From positions 64,001 to 128,000 of the forward strand of contig CAVXLD010000011.1 of NCBI GenBank assembly GCA_963762565.1: DNA of 64,000 bases, in the 5' to 3' direction. Source of the stretch: an uncultured Verrucomicrobiae bacterium (lineage in GTDB: Bacteria; Verrucomicrobiota; Verrucomicrobiia; Chthoniobacterales; JAFAMB01). Within the stretch, counting starts at the first letter, position 1, and every line of letters starts with the position of its first letter. Positions 48,758 to 58,839 of the stretch are shown piece by piece. A program made the position numbers and the translations under genes. The notes beneath the pieces were generated by a model that searched no databases, was not told the DNA's origin, and was given only the letters and a program-made list of their open reading frames with translations.

Positions 48758-48935
48758 GGAGGGATCGCTGCCTGTCCGACATAGCCTTCTCTTCCTAGTT
48801 CCTTTTCTCCCAAATGAGGCGACGTCGGATCCTCGCGATCCTTCGTTCTCGAAGCCCAGTGAAAGGCCCAATCCAGCGTTGGAGTATGTCCGAAATTATA
48901 GAGCCGTTCGCGGCGCGCGAGGACGCGCGCCCTCC
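48758..48935. repeat. GGAG-REP doublet (family A) with nested palindrome
   Basis: GGAGGGATCGC[TGCCTGTCCGACATAGCC...GGCGACGTCGGA]TCCTCGCGATCC ... GCGCGCGAGGACGCGCGCCCTCC. Confidence 0.8.
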
Positions 48936-48981
48936 CACGCCGCGTTCGACCGATGTAACGCTTCCCAGCGTTATCCACCGA

Positions 48982-50151
48982 TCAAAGCTCGCGTTCCGCC
49001 GCATCGGCTTCTGATGCAAGTTCGTTCACTACGTCGAAGAACTGGGATGATTGTCCGTCGAATAGGCCGCTTCCGGTGAATCCAGCAATGGCTGCTATGG
49101 CGCCCGCAACTTGGTCGTCACTTGGGCGGATCACTGCACATGGAGGTAAGCTCGCGCTGATAAACTCGCACGGGATCGGGAAGATCAAGTTCGGCTGAAA
49201 CTCTGGCGTTCCCGGATTTTTGAAGAAATTGGGGAACGTTAGGCCGCCGCTCGTGACAGGCGCCACCGGCGTTTGAACTCCATTGCCTGCGAAATCCACC
49301 CATTCCAAAAAATGGGCGACTTCATCGCCGCCAATACCTAGCGTAATTTTTAAAACCTCTAGACTCGTGACTTTCTGGCTGAGCGTAGCATAGAGACTTG
49401 ATCCGCCTTGTTCAATGGTCCCGAAATGGAACGCCGCAGTGTTAGCGATAACCTGAATGCGATCCTTATTCTTCATGTCGGCGTTAGTAATAGGGATCGC
49501 GGTTCGGTTAACGATATTGATCGCTTGCGGAAATGTGGCCCCGAAGTCTGGGTTAGTTGTGCTGCGGTACCGAATGAACCAGCTGGTATCGACGTTGAGG
49601 TTCATGAGGTTGGTGAGACGCAGTTCACTGGCTGACCCGGACACTGGTGTTGCCTGGCTGCCCGTAAGGGTCTGAAACGGGCTGAGATCAACCGGCTCGG
49701 CGCCTTTGGAGACTAAGTACGCATTGAGGAAGGCGGCGTGACTCTGTTCGTCAAGCGTGTTGCTGGTGATGTATTGTGGACCGTCAGAGTCCAGATTCGA
49801 TAGAGCTGTTTGATAGCCATTCAATGTCTGAGTCGGGTCATTTTCGATAGGGGGTGCGCCCGGGGTTATACCGCCCAGTTCCCGGTATTGGAGCCAGAGA
49901 TCGCTCTCGATGAGTTCCGCCGCAGCCAGGAACCGAAGGATTGCCGTATCTCCTTTGGTAAGACCGCTGGTCGGACTTTTCCCGAATGCTTTCTTGCCGC
50001 TTAAGAGACCGGCCCCCACCAGTGCACTGGTGGCAGCGATGCCTTTAAGAAAAGAACGCCGTTGCAGTTGTTTTACCCTTATTGAACTAGGCGCGGATTC
50101 TGAGAATGGTCGTTCACTTGCTGATTCACTATTGCTAAATTGTCTTCTCAC
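48982..50151 (-). CDS. Tat-exported ferritin-like domain protein
   Basis: QRRSFLKG twin-arginine signal; AAELIESDLW, DEQSHAAFL, IEQGGSSLY and DEVAHF (two ExxH di-iron-type motifs). Confidence 0.8.
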   Translation of the reverse strand: MRRQFSNSESASERPFSESAPSSIRVKQLQRRSFLKGIAATSALVGAGLLSGKKAFGKSPTSGLTKGDTAILRFLAAAELIESDLWLQYRELGGITPGAPPIENDPTQTLNGYQTALSNLDSDGPQYITSNTLDEQSHAAFLNAYLVSKGAEPVDLSPFQTLTGSQATPVSGSASELRLTNLMNLNVDTSWFIRYRSTTNPDFGATFPQAINIVNRTAIPITNADMKNKDRIQVIANTAAFHFGTIEQGGSSLYATLSQKVTSLEVLKITLGIGGDEVAHFLEWVDFAGNGVQTPVAPVTSGGLTFPNFFKNPGTPEFQPNLIFPIPCEFISASLPPCAVIRPSDDQVAGAIAAIAGFTGSGLFDGQSSQFFDVVNELASEADAAEREL

Positions 50152-50604
50152 AGTTTTTCCCGTTAGTTAGTTTTTTGAGTTAGTCGGTAAGCAGGTTCTT
50201 TCTATTCGACGTAACGCCTGCTCATCGAGGAAGACCGTGAACGGCAAACTTTATTCCCGGCTTTAATCGCGCGACTCACCCGAAACCATCAAAATCAGCT
50301 TAAAAAGGTTTCACTGACTCGACTTGGACACGCCCAACTATGACCCGCAGTTAGTGACGGTAAAGATTCTCGGAATAATAATTAGCCGGCGGAGTCTGGA
50401 TCAGTGTTGTCACATACCCGAAAATCCCGCATGGCAATGGCTTTGCGCAACTTTGCTTGAATGTTGGGTTCCCGCCGGGAATAAATGGCAATGAACCGAG
50501 TCTCTGTAGATGCAGCCACTAGTGCATGGTAGCAGGATCAGATTTTTGGATTGTCTTTGGGTTGGCCGTCGTTTAGAACCTGTTGAGGAACAGGAGGTCT
50601 ACGC

Positions 50605-51105
50605 ATGACGCTCAACAATCCTATACCCATGCAAGTTCCTACGAAATGTCTCTGTGGACGTCTGTTGGCGCCCATTTTTTTATTGTTTGCCGTGGTTTAT
50701 CCTGTGCTCTGCAAAGCCGATGCACAGGAACAGATGCTGCAGACTACCGGCGCTCTTTGTGCTCAAGGCTTGTACCTTACTTATACCTCCGTTGGGACGT
50801 TGGCGGACGGTTTTGGGAAGAAAGTGTACGACAAGGATACGACCAGCCAGTTCCTGCAGTCGTACCTGCAAATCATTAAAAACATCAAAGACCAACTCAA
50901 TAAGCTGCAACAGTCTGGGGCCCTTCAGGGGGAAGATGTGACTTTTATGGCGAAGGTGGTCGATACTTACGACCTCCTGGCGGCGGAAGCGAACGCGTTT
51001 CAAAGCTACGTAACCAGTGGTGGCCAGGCCAACATCGATGTCTATGATGGTAAGCGAAAGGCCGCCTGGAAGAATATCAAGGAGATCTTGGGCATCAGCG
51101 AGTAG
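50605..51105 (+). CDS. Hypothetical secreted alpha-helical protein
   Basis: AGGAGG RBS before the ATG, hydrophobic signal-like segment, amphipathic helices. Confidence 0.7.
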   Translation: MTLNNPIPMQVPTKCLCGRLLAPIFLLFAVVYPVLCKADAQEQMLQTTGALCAQGLYLTYTSVGTLADGFGKKVYDKDTTSQFLQSYLQIIKNIKDQLNKLQQSGALQGEDVTFMAKVVDTYDLLAAEANAFQSYVTSGGQANIDVYDGKRKAAWKNIKEILGISE

Positions 51106-51168
51106 CCTCCATACGACCATAGAGCGAAACACGCGCAGAATCGGGCAACGCCAGCAAAAACAGGAACG

Positions 51169-51304
51169 ATCCGCAGATTAACGTAGATTACGCTTGGCGG
51201 CGGCTCAACAACGCGAGGTAAGGGAGAACGGGTCGCCTACGAAAGCTTTGTTTCTCGCCCCGGCCGTATCAAAGCTCAAAACGAAATCTGCGTAGTCTGC
51301 GGAT
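51169..51304. repeat. Empty 9-mer-armed element (ATCCGCAGATT family)
   Basis: ATCCGCAGATTAACGTAGATT ... AATCTGCGTAGTCTGCGGAT. Confidence 0.75.
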
Positions 51305-51453
51305 GATCCCCTCTGCAGCGTTGCTCGGCCTAATGAGATGCTTCGCTCTATTGTGTTGCCCGTCCGCACTTTATCATCTGCGTTCATCTGCGGTTCGTTT
51401 TCCGTTTTCGCGTCCGGCTTTTCACCAATCACCAATCACCAATCACCTGCCTT

Positions 51454-52377
51454 TCACTTCTCTCCCTTACCCAGCACCTTGGAGAGTGCGAGCTCGTTGA
51501 TCGCGACGGGAGTCTGTTGCAACAGCTTGCCCAGGTAAGCCTGGCTGTTCGACTGCGTCTTCTCTTTCCGGAGCTGCTGCGCCAATGCCGCCCGGACCTC
51601 CTCCAGAGTCGGCGTATACGCTTCCTTGATGTCCAGCACCTTGATAATATGCCAACCATCCTCGAGGCGAAGTGCTTCCGAGACAGTATTTTTGCTAAGC
51701 GAACCAAGCTGTGATCGCACTTCAGGTTGGATCTGGTTCTCGGTCAACCAACCGATTTCGCCTCCGCGAGCGGCGCTTTCCGATTCCTCACTATTGGCTT
51801 TGGCGATCGCGCCAAAATCTGCGCCCGATTGGTGGAGACTCTTTTTTATAGTCTCCAGCTTCGCTTGAACTTTATCGGCGGTGGCTTTATCAGCGTTCTT
51901 CGGAAGCGCTAGGAAAATCTGCGCGAGCCGAATTTGTTTGGGAACCAGTAATTGCGTTTTTCTGGCTTCATAAGCGGCTTGCAGCTCGGTTTCGCTCGGA
52001 TAACTATCGGCCGGCTTGGAAACGGATTGCAAGTAGCTCTCGACCACCGCGTTGTCGCGTGCTCGTTGAATCAGCGTGGCGACGGCGGGCTCTTGATCCC
52101 AGTGCTTGGCTAAAGCTTCCTTCAAAACGACTCGTCGCATCAGGAGCGTCCGGACTGTCTGGCTCAGCAAACTCGGATCGCGCGCCAGAGCGGCCTGGTC
52201 CCGCGCATCCAAACTTTCAATCGCGCTACGAATCTCATCCAGCTTTACCTCCGCATCTCCGACTCGGGCGATCACGGTGGAATCCGAATTTCCTGGGTCA
52301 GCGGCGGCTGCAGCATAAGCTCTTTGGCTAACCGCTACCCAACTTGCAGCGAATAAACAGGAGACAAAAAATCTCAC
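51454..52377 (-). CDS. PpiC-type peptidyl-prolyl isomerase
   Basis: IRLAQIFL, GADFGAIAKANSE..SAARGGEIGW, GWHIIKV. GTG at 52377 gives the signal peptide MRFFVSCLFAASWVAVSQRAYA; ATG 52521 is the alternative. Confidence 0.85.
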   Translation of the reverse strand: MRFFVSCLFAASWVAVSQRAYAAAAADPGNSDSTVIARVGDAEVKLDEIRSAIESLDARDQAALARDPSLLSQTVRTLLMRRVVLKEALAKHWDQEPAVATLIQRARDNAVVESYLQSVSKPADSYPSETELQAAYEARKTQLLVPKQIRLAQIFLALPKNADKATADKVQAKLETIKKSLHQSGADFGAIAKANSEESESAARGGEIGWLTENQIQPEVRSQLGSLSKNTVSEALRLEDGWHIIKVLDIKEAYTPTLEEVRAALAQQLRKEKTQSNSQAYLGKLLQQTPVAINELALSKVLGKGEK

Positions 52378-52540
52378 GCAAAGACGCAAAGACGCAAAGC
52401 TTCTAGTAAAGACGGTCGCCACGCCTGGACTTTTTCTTGTGGGCACCGAGAAGGTCTGCCATTCAGGGCGGTTGGCGTTTCTCGAAAAGTCACAGTGGCG
52501 TTCACAAATATTAGTCTTCATCTTTGCGTCTTTGCGTGAG
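52373..52540. repeat. 9-mer-armed (GACGCAAAG) fold-back element overlapping the PPIase start
   Basis: 52373-52392 and 52521-52540 form a perfect 20-bp inverted repeat. Confidence 0.85.
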
Positions 52541-52560
52541 TTTTTATCTGTGTCTTCGGG

Positions 52561-53244
52561 TTAGTGTTTAGAGGGCGCGGGTGAAGCTTTAGGCGCCGGC
52601 GGTACCGAAGCGCCCGGCTTGATCGTCTGATCCAACAATTTATCAGAATAGTCCTGGACCAGGTTCTGGAGTTTCACTTTGGTAATCCCAACGAAAGGTT
52701 CGCGTGCCGTGATCGCGGTACCAAGCCCGAACTTTTCGTACCGGCTCAGAATGTCTTTTCCCAGATCATACAGAGCCAGGTTCTTGGTTTCATCATCCTC
52801 TACTCGTCGTTGCAACACGATTGCCTGCGACTCGAACTTCGCCCGCTGAGCTTCCTTGGTGTTGGCCAGCTCAACGGCTTTATTGTAGGCGTCCTTCCAT
52901 TTGTCCAAGGCATCTTTCATCTGACTGATCAGCGTGTTCTGATCGGTCACCTTGGCGTTAAGATCAGCCATCGCTTTGGTAGCAGCATCTTTATCGGCGG
53001 CAGCTTGTTTGGTGAGTTCGTCGAGGCGGTCGCTAAGTTCTTTCTTTGCTTTTTCGCTTTCAGTTTGAGCGCTCTGTAACGTCGCCACCTGGTTTTGGGC
53101 ATCCCGGAGCTGCAACATCGTGCTGCGCAGCATCCCCCGCAGCCGCTCTTCGGGTGAGTTTGCTTGATCTGCTGCGCGCACTTTTGAGTTGGCCAGAAAC
53201 GAGGCGAACAAACAGAGAAGAATGATGGGAAATTTTCTACGCAT
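52561..53244 (-). CDS. Periplasmic coiled-coil protein of the TPS/Ton operon
   Basis: ATG at 53244 (MRRKFPIILLCLF signal peptide), EERLR..LR....QLR coiled coil, KNLALY..G.DIL.RY, EPFVGI..VKLQN..QDY. Confidence 0.8.
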   Translation of the reverse strand: MRRKFPIILLCLFASFLANSKVRAADQANSPEERLRGMLRSTMLQLRDAQNQVATLQSAQTESEKAKKELSDRLDELTKQAAADKDAATKAMADLNAKVTDQNTLISQMKDALDKWKDAYNKAVELANTKEAQRAKFESQAIVLQRRVEDDETKNLALYDLGKDILSRYEKFGLGTAITAREPFVGITKVKLQNLVQDYSDKLLDQTIKPGASVPPAPKASPAPSKH

Positions 53245-53246
53245 AA

Positions 53247-55292
53247 CTAGAATTGAGCGCCGATGTCGAATTGGAATACGTCGGATTTGAACGGAGGTCC
53301 TGAGACCGAGTTGGCGCTGTAGTAATGGAACCCAACATAAACAGCCGGTGTCAGCGCGAGACTGCCGAATATGGTGTAACCTTTCAGGTTGGTGCCGTTG
53401 AGAGGTGTACCGAAATCCGAGTCGTTGAAGCCATCGATCACCGCGTCTGACTCCACATAACGGTACCCGATGCCGAGGTTCCAATCCCACCGTTTCTGCA
53501 GCACGGGTGCGCCGAGCGTTAGATAGACGTTCCAGGCGCTGTTTCCGCCCTCGTAGGTACCTAGGGTTCCACCGGTGGAGGTGCTTCGGTTATTCACTGC
53601 CTTCGCTGCCACAGCGCTTTTATCAAACGCCGTGTTCGTTACCCATTCAGCGGTCAACGATAATTGGAACGGTTCGAAACGGTTATATTCCAGTCTTCCA
53701 GTCACAGCGACCTCATGGAACGGAGTTGCCAGCCCGTAGTATTGAAACTGGTCGATTTGGCCGAAGTCATTGGCGGAGGTGGGCAAGATATTGCGCAGAG
53801 CCATGTAGGTATTACCGTTCTGGGCAAATGCCGGACGGAGGTCATCCGTATTTCCTTGGTCCGTGCTGGTTAGCGGTACGAACGGGGTGGAAAGTTTGCC
53901 CTCGATATTATTGAAATCGTAAAAGGCGCCGGCCACTTTCATGTGAAAGTCGCGGGTTATACTCCAATTGGTCCCTCCCTGGACCGCGTAAAGATATTTA
54001 TCGGTGCTGTCGTATTTGGAGGGAAGCGTATTCGGGAAGTTAAAGTCAGTGTTGTACACCGGGAACGCACCTGCCGTCAGGAAGGGCACCAGGCCTCTAA
54101 GGATCTCGTATCGCCCGCTGATCACCGCCCCGTCGAACCCAAGGTCATTTGCCCATATCAAAGTGGTGGAGAAAAACGGATTATCCATCCGGCCGACCGT
54201 AACAGTGAGATCCCGTTCCGGTAGCCCACCGATCTCCCATTTAAGAAAAGCGCGATCGAGCCAAATCGAATATTTCTGAAAGTTGCCACCCTGGGCGGAA
54301 TTAGCATTGCCGAGTGTCTGGTTCTCGGTAACCGGCGAATCATTTTCACCGGTGGCGCCGCGGATACCGAGACTGAATCCGTCGCCCAAATCGACATTCA
54401 GACCGACTCGGACGCGAAATCGGAATCGATCACGGTCTTTGTCCACGTTGTACTCAGGCGGGAACGAGGTACCGGCGGTATCGAAAGGGGCGCCTGTATT
54501 GATCGCGTTAAAGTTAGGAAAAGCGCCGGTGTTGTCATTACCGCCCGGGAAATTGTCGAGCTCATAGCGAAGGCGAATATCGCCGAAGGGAGTGACCCGG
54601 GAGACCCACTCCGGCACCGATGCCGGCAAACCTAATTTTTCATCCCGCAGCACGTCTTGTTCGATTTGGTCTCGCAGCTGGTTCTTCACAACCTCCGGAA
54701 TGTAGGTAACCCTGACCGTGTTATCCGGGCCTGGCTGCAAAGCGGGCGGTATCTCTTCCTGGGGTGGTGAAGAAGCTGGGGGAACATTCTGGGCCTGAGC
54801 CGTTGCGTTCTGGAGTTCTCCGTTGGGTGGCAACAGCCCGGACTGAGCGAAATCCGAGCCCTGAACCAGAGTGGCGCTCGCTTTTGCCGCTTCCTCTTTG
54901 GCCTTAGCGGCATCAGCCTCCGCCTGCTGGATAAGGTCGGACGCCTCGTCCTTACTCAGTACTCCTTTTTGCACGAGCCGGTTAATCAGATTGATCACCA
55001 CGTTCTGAGACGGTGTGGGCGATGGTTCAGGAGTTGGTGAGCCTGAGGGCGGTGATCCAGGATTTGTTGGCGATGCTGCCGGACTGGGCGATGCCGCCGC
55101 CACTGGCGATCCCTTCGGACTAGGTGACGCCAGCGGAGCCGGCGAGGGTGGGGCGCCATTCTCAGAGGTTGGCGAACTCTGAGGGGTAGGAGAATTGGCT
55201 GGGTCCGCGGCATGTACGGTTGCCACGGACACAAAACAGATAACCAATAACAACAATCCCGGCCGGCGGAACAGAATTTTTCTATAGTTCAT
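53247..55292 (-). CDS. Putative porin (outer-membrane beta-barrel)
   Basis: Signal peptide, Pro-rich linker, INLINRLVQKGVLS, GDIRLRYE, DRDRFRFRVRVG, IWLDRAFL, C-terminal FQFDIGAQF. Confidence 0.85.
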   Translation of the reverse strand: MNYRKILFRRPGLLLLVICFVSVATVHAADPANSPTPQSSPTSENGAPPSPAPLASPSPKGSPVAAASPSPAASPTNPGSPPSGSPTPEPSPTPSQNVVINLINRLVQKGVLSKDEASDLIQQAEADAAKAKEEAAKASATLVQGSDFAQSGLLPPNGELQNATAQAQNVPPASSPPQEEIPPALQPGPDNTVRVTYIPEVVKNQLRDQIEQDVLRDEKLGLPASVPEWVSRVTPFGDIRLRYELDNFPGGNDNTGAFPNFNAINTGAPFDTAGTSFPPEYNVDKDRDRFRFRVRVGLNVDLGDGFSLGIRGATGENDSPVTENQTLGNANSAQGGNFQKYSIWLDRAFLKWEIGGLPERDLTVTVGRMDNPFFSTTLIWANDLGFDGAVISGRYEILRGLVPFLTAGAFPVYNTDFNFPNTLPSKYDSTDKYLYAVQGGTNWSITRDFHMKVAGAFYDFNNIEGKLSTPFVPLTSTDQGNTDDLRPAFAQNGNTYMALRNILPTSANDFGQIDQFQYYGLATPFHEVAVTGRLEYNRFEPFQLSLTAEWVTNTAFDKSAVAAKAVNNRSTSTGGTLGTYEGGNSAWNVYLTLGAPVLQKRWDWNLGIGYRYVESDAVIDGFNDSDFGTPLNGTNLKGYTIFGSLALTPAVYVGFHYYSANSVSGPPFKSDVFQFDIGAQF

Positions 55293-55334
55293 AGTCGGCG
55301 AAGTAAGTTGCTAAGCGGAAGACGAAAGGAATGG

Positions 55335-56054
55335 TTAGGTTGAGCGGTGTGCGGTAACTCGTAGAACAATCGGCATCGGCATATCCGAGGGCGGCGCCTC
55401 TTTGAGCTGGAGACCGGTCAGGACTTCATTCGTGATTGCGCTATCGACTGCCGGGTCACCGGTGCTCCCAACTAGCTGGGCTTTGGTTACCCGGCCGGTG
55501 TTATTGGCCCAGATCCGAATCTTGACTCCGGGAATGGACGCAGACTTGGTTCGGCTATTTGCCCGCAGCGCTTCTTCGATCCTGGCCTGAACTTGAGCTG
55601 CGTACCAGCCGAAGCGGCTACCACCACCACTGCCGCCTCCATCCAGTAAACCGTTGCCGCCTGGTCGGCCGACCAATCCAAATGAATCTCCTTGTCCTTC
55701 TCCCTTGGCATTTACACCTAGCGGACCGGGCGGCGCTTCTTTCTTACTGGCTTCTTTTGGCTTATCATCCGGATGGAGCGGTTTTGTTTCCGGCTCTACC
55801 ATCTGTTTCTGCTCCATCATTTGCTGCTGAGGCTGGGGCGTGGATTGAGGCTGTGGCGGTGGCGGCGTTGGTGTCGAGACCGGCGGCAGCAGCTTAACGA
55901 AAGTCATTGGTGCGACTCTGGCGGTTGGCTCTTTGGTGGTGAGCGTCTTGATAGCCAGTGTGATCGGCGCGATCAGAATGACGGCGCCGCCCACCCAGAT
56001 CAGGTAGCGAAACCTCCGGTAAAAACCTAACTCTTGTTCGTCGCCAGGATCCAT
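55335..56054 (-). CDS. TonB-like protein (TM, Pro-rich, TonB C-terminal domain)
   Basis: ATG at 56054; TM, PPPQPQ spacer, Gly-rich segment, KIRIWANNTGRV..AQL..STGDPAVD. Confidence 0.82.
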   Translation of the reverse strand: MDPGDEQELGFYRRFRYLIWVGGAVILIAPITLAIKTLTTKEPTARVAPMTFVKLLPPVSTPTPPPPQPQSTPQPQQQMMEQKQMVEPETKPLHPDDKPKEASKKEAPPGPLGVNAKGEGQGDSFGLVGRPGGNGLLDGGGSGGGSRFGWYAAQVQARIEEALRANSRTKSASIPGVKIRIWANNTGRVTKAQLVGSTGDPAVDSAITNEVLTGLQLKEAPPSDMPMPIVLRVTAHRST

Positions 56055-56171
56055 GTGGGTTAGCGGTTTCTCAATCGTTCTCGTCCTCGTCCTCGATCGG
56101 CCCTTCGCGTTTACAGTCCTAAGCCGCAATTTGCTACCGGCTATTTGCTATTTGCTATTCCATCTGCTCCC

Positions 56172-56576
56172 TCATTTAACTAACGGCTTAGTAGCCAGAC
56201 CTACCTGAGTAATTCCAACCCGGCCCAGCAAATCCAGTACGTCCATAATCTTCTGATATTGGGTTTGACCATCGCCGCGTACGACGACAGGGAAATCGGG
56301 GGTTTGCGCCTTAATCTGGCTTAACCGTTGGGCTAGCTCCTCAAGTGTAACCGGAATGGTATCCAGAAAGATCTTGCCTTCGTTAGTTACGGTGATGGCT
56401 TTCGTCTGCGGTTTCGCCAGGCTCGGGGCGGCGCTGGCCTTAGGTAAATTGACCTTTAATCCCTGCACCGACGCTGTCGTCATGATGATGAAAATTACGA
56501 GCAGCACGTACGCTAGATCGAGCATCGGCGTGATATTAATATCGTCGTACGGTTTCTCTTCAGATTGAACTTGCAT
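56172..56576 (-). CDS. exbD: ExbD/TolR protein
   Basis: DDINITPMLDLAYVLLVIFII, VNLPKAS, VVRGDGQTQYQKIMDVLD. Confidence 0.92.
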   Translation of the reverse strand: MQVQSEEKPYDDINITPMLDLAYVLLVIFIIMTTASVQGLKVNLPKASAAPSLAKPQTKAITVTNEGKIFLDTIPVTLEELAQRLSQIKAQTPDFPVVVRGDGQTQYQKIMDVLDLLGRVGITQVGLATKPLVK

Positions 56577-56587
56577 AGGATTAGAAT

Positions 56588-56757
<170 letters not shown>

Positions 56758-56766
56758 TTTTGATTG

Positions 56767-58611
56767 TTATTCTCTAACGAACTCATCGGGCTTGCTGCTG
56801 TAGAACTCGGCCATCTTGGTGGTGAATTCGTCGATGAACACTTGCATGTCGCTGGTCATCGATTTGATCCGAGTAAGCAAATAGTTGTAACCAAAGAGTG
56901 AGGGAATGGCGACGCCGAGACCGGCAACAGTCGCCACCAAGGCGGCGGCGATACCGGGTGCGATCGAGTTGACGTTGACGTCGCCCGCCGCGGCGATGGC
57001 GGCAAAGGTAATCATCACGCCCACTACCGTACCTAGCAGTCCTAGGAATGGACCGCCGGAAATCGCTAGCGTCAGAAACACCATCAAGTTATTTAGTTTC
57101 TGCGTTTCGCGGACCAGGCCGCCATCGAGGCTCGCCCGGATAGCTTCAATTGATGATGCAGATAATACCTTGGATCCGGGCCCGGTCATACGCCGCCGAA
57201 TTTCTTCGGCCCCGATATGATAGATGCGATAGATAGCAGCGCGCCGGATCACCCGGCTGCCGATCTTGTCGAAACGCGCATCCAAAGCTTTAACATCCCG
57301 TTCGTTGTTGGAATCCAAGGCAGTAAGATCCCGCGAAATATGGTCCCATTCCTTAAGGAAACGATCGTTGCCCTTACCAACACTGTTGAGGTAGGCGAGC
57401 CGGTTGAACATCACGAACCAGCTAAAGAGTCCCATCAATATCAGGATTCCAATGACAACCCAACCGTCCGGTGTTACCGACTTCAGGATGACGCCGAAAT
57501 AGCCTCCGCTGAGCCAGCTTGACGTCTGTTCGTCCTCACCGTAGGTGAGTAACTTGGAGGTATCGCCGGGTCCCTGGTTTGTGGCGATAAATTTGATCAG
57601 CCCGGGTGATAGACTGACCTTCGAAATCTCCAATTCATCCATTTCCCCTTTGAACCCGGCGCCGTTAGGATCACCGCCCAAGATAGGTGCACTGGTCATT
57701 GCCGGCACCCTGGCGCTGAGCGTACCGTACGATTCGCCATCGACGTACAGGGTGATCATCGATCCGTTAGAGGCGATGGCTAAATGGTGCCAAGTCTTAG
57801 CCGTTAACGGCGTTCCAGAATTCGTGCGACCAGAGCCTCCGGATCCGTTGACCTCGACATAAGGCACGCCGTTATCCAGACCGATCACGAAACTCGATCC
57901 GTTATCTCGACGACTATACAGCGCGGTGTTCGGTTGTAGCTCGTCGGCATTAACCCATGCGCTCCAGGTAAATGTTGCTCCATCGCTCCAGGCCAGGGAC
58001 GGAGAATCGGAAAGGGTAATATTGTTCTGGCCGTCATACCGTACGCCATTCCCAATCAGAGAGCCCTCTACTTTGGTAGCGGCCGTTTTAGCGTTGTTGC
58101 CATAGCTGGTCACATCGACCGGCGGCTCTTCCGTAAAATGATAAACCAGGAGGGTTTCGGGATCGTAGGTGACTTTTGCGTTATCTACCCGGGACGCACC
58201 GTTCCCGGTGTTACCATAGTAGAGCCAGAAAGCAGTTTTGGCTCCCGGCGCCACATTAGGAATTTTTACCCAGATAAAGGCTTCGTTAAGGAGGGAATCG
58301 TATTTCTCGACGTGATACGTAAGCAGGGTCTTATCATCGGCGGCAATGAAGCGGATATCGCTGCCGTCGTCCTTAGCGGCCCCGAATTGAAAATTACCGT
58401 CATGCAAGCGCAATAGAACGACCGCGGGTCCTATCGGTTGGTTAATCGCGACTCCGGTGGCAGAAGTGTCGATCGTAATTTTCTTGCGGATCGACCACTC
58501 GCCATTCCACCAGGCCTTGGCCTGGCCTGTGAGAAACAGAGCGATGCCGAAAACTAACAAAAAAACGTTTAGCTTTGAGAGGTTAAACGGTAGGGATGAA
58601 TTCCCGCTCAT
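56767..58611 (-). CDS. DUF2341-LamG-MotA/TolQ/ExbB fusion protein
   Basis: Signal peptide, WWNGEWSIRKKITID, DGSDIRF...IWVKIP...LYYGN (DUF2341), WHHLA...LYVDG...FKGEMDEL (LamG), GGPFLGLLGTVVGVM...GIAAALVATVAGL (ExbB). Start at 58611 or 58698. Confidence 0.88.
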   Translation of the reverse strand: MSGNSSLPFNLSKLNVFLLVFGIALFLTGQAKAWWNGEWSIRKKITIDTSATGVAINQPIGPAVVLLRLHDGNFQFGAAKDDGSDIRFIAADDKTLLTYHVEKYDSLLNEAFIWVKIPNVAPGAKTAFWLYYGNTGNGASRVDNAKVTYDPETLLVYHFTEEPPVDVTSYGNNAKTAATKVEGSLIGNGVRYDGQNNITLSDSPSLAWSDGATFTWSAWVNADELQPNTALYSRRDNGSSFVIGLDNGVPYVEVNGSGGSGRTNSGTPLTAKTWHHLAIASNGSMITLYVDGESYGTLSARVPAMTSAPILGGDPNGAGFKGEMDELEISKVSLSPGLIKFIATNQGPGDTSKLLTYGEDEQTSSWLSGGYFGVILKSVTPDGWVVIGILILMGLFSWFVMFNRLAYLNSVGKGNDRFLKEWDHISRDLTALDSNNERDVKALDARFDKIGSRVIRRAAIYRIYHIGAEEIRRRMTGPGSKVLSASSIEAIRASLDGGLVRETQKLNNLMVFLTLAISGGPFLGLLGTVVGVMITFAAIAAAGDVNVNSIAPGIAAALVATVAGLGVAIPSLFGYNYLLTRIKSMTSDMQVFIDEFTTKMAEFYSSKPDEFVRE

Positions 58612-58747
58612 CCGGAAAGTCCGGCGATTGACCCGGTGAACCGCACAAGAATGATTTGGTTCCGCCAGGTGCTTTAGCTGCGCTGATTGACTCTGCATTG
58701 GTGGCTAGAAGACTTCGATGTTTTCTGAAAATCGTTGGTTCTAAGCA

Positions 58748-58783
58748 GCCCTTAAACCGGCGCGTTTGCGCCGGTTTAAGGGC
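58748..58783. terminator. Strong hairpin between tpsB and the exbB fusion
   Basis: GCCCTTAAACCGGCGC-GTTT-GCGCCGGTTTAAGGGC is a perfect 16-bp stem. There is no U-tract, so it may be a stabiliser or attenuator. Confidence 0.5.
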
Positions 58784-58839
58784 CATCTAACCCGCAATCG
58801 ACCTGTTGCTTTCTCTCTCATGTATTTTTTGCGGGTTAG

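Noticed and set aside
53245..53490. 82-aa extension of the coiled-coil ORF
   Set aside because: It overlaps the porin out of frame; the signal peptide begins at ATG 53244.
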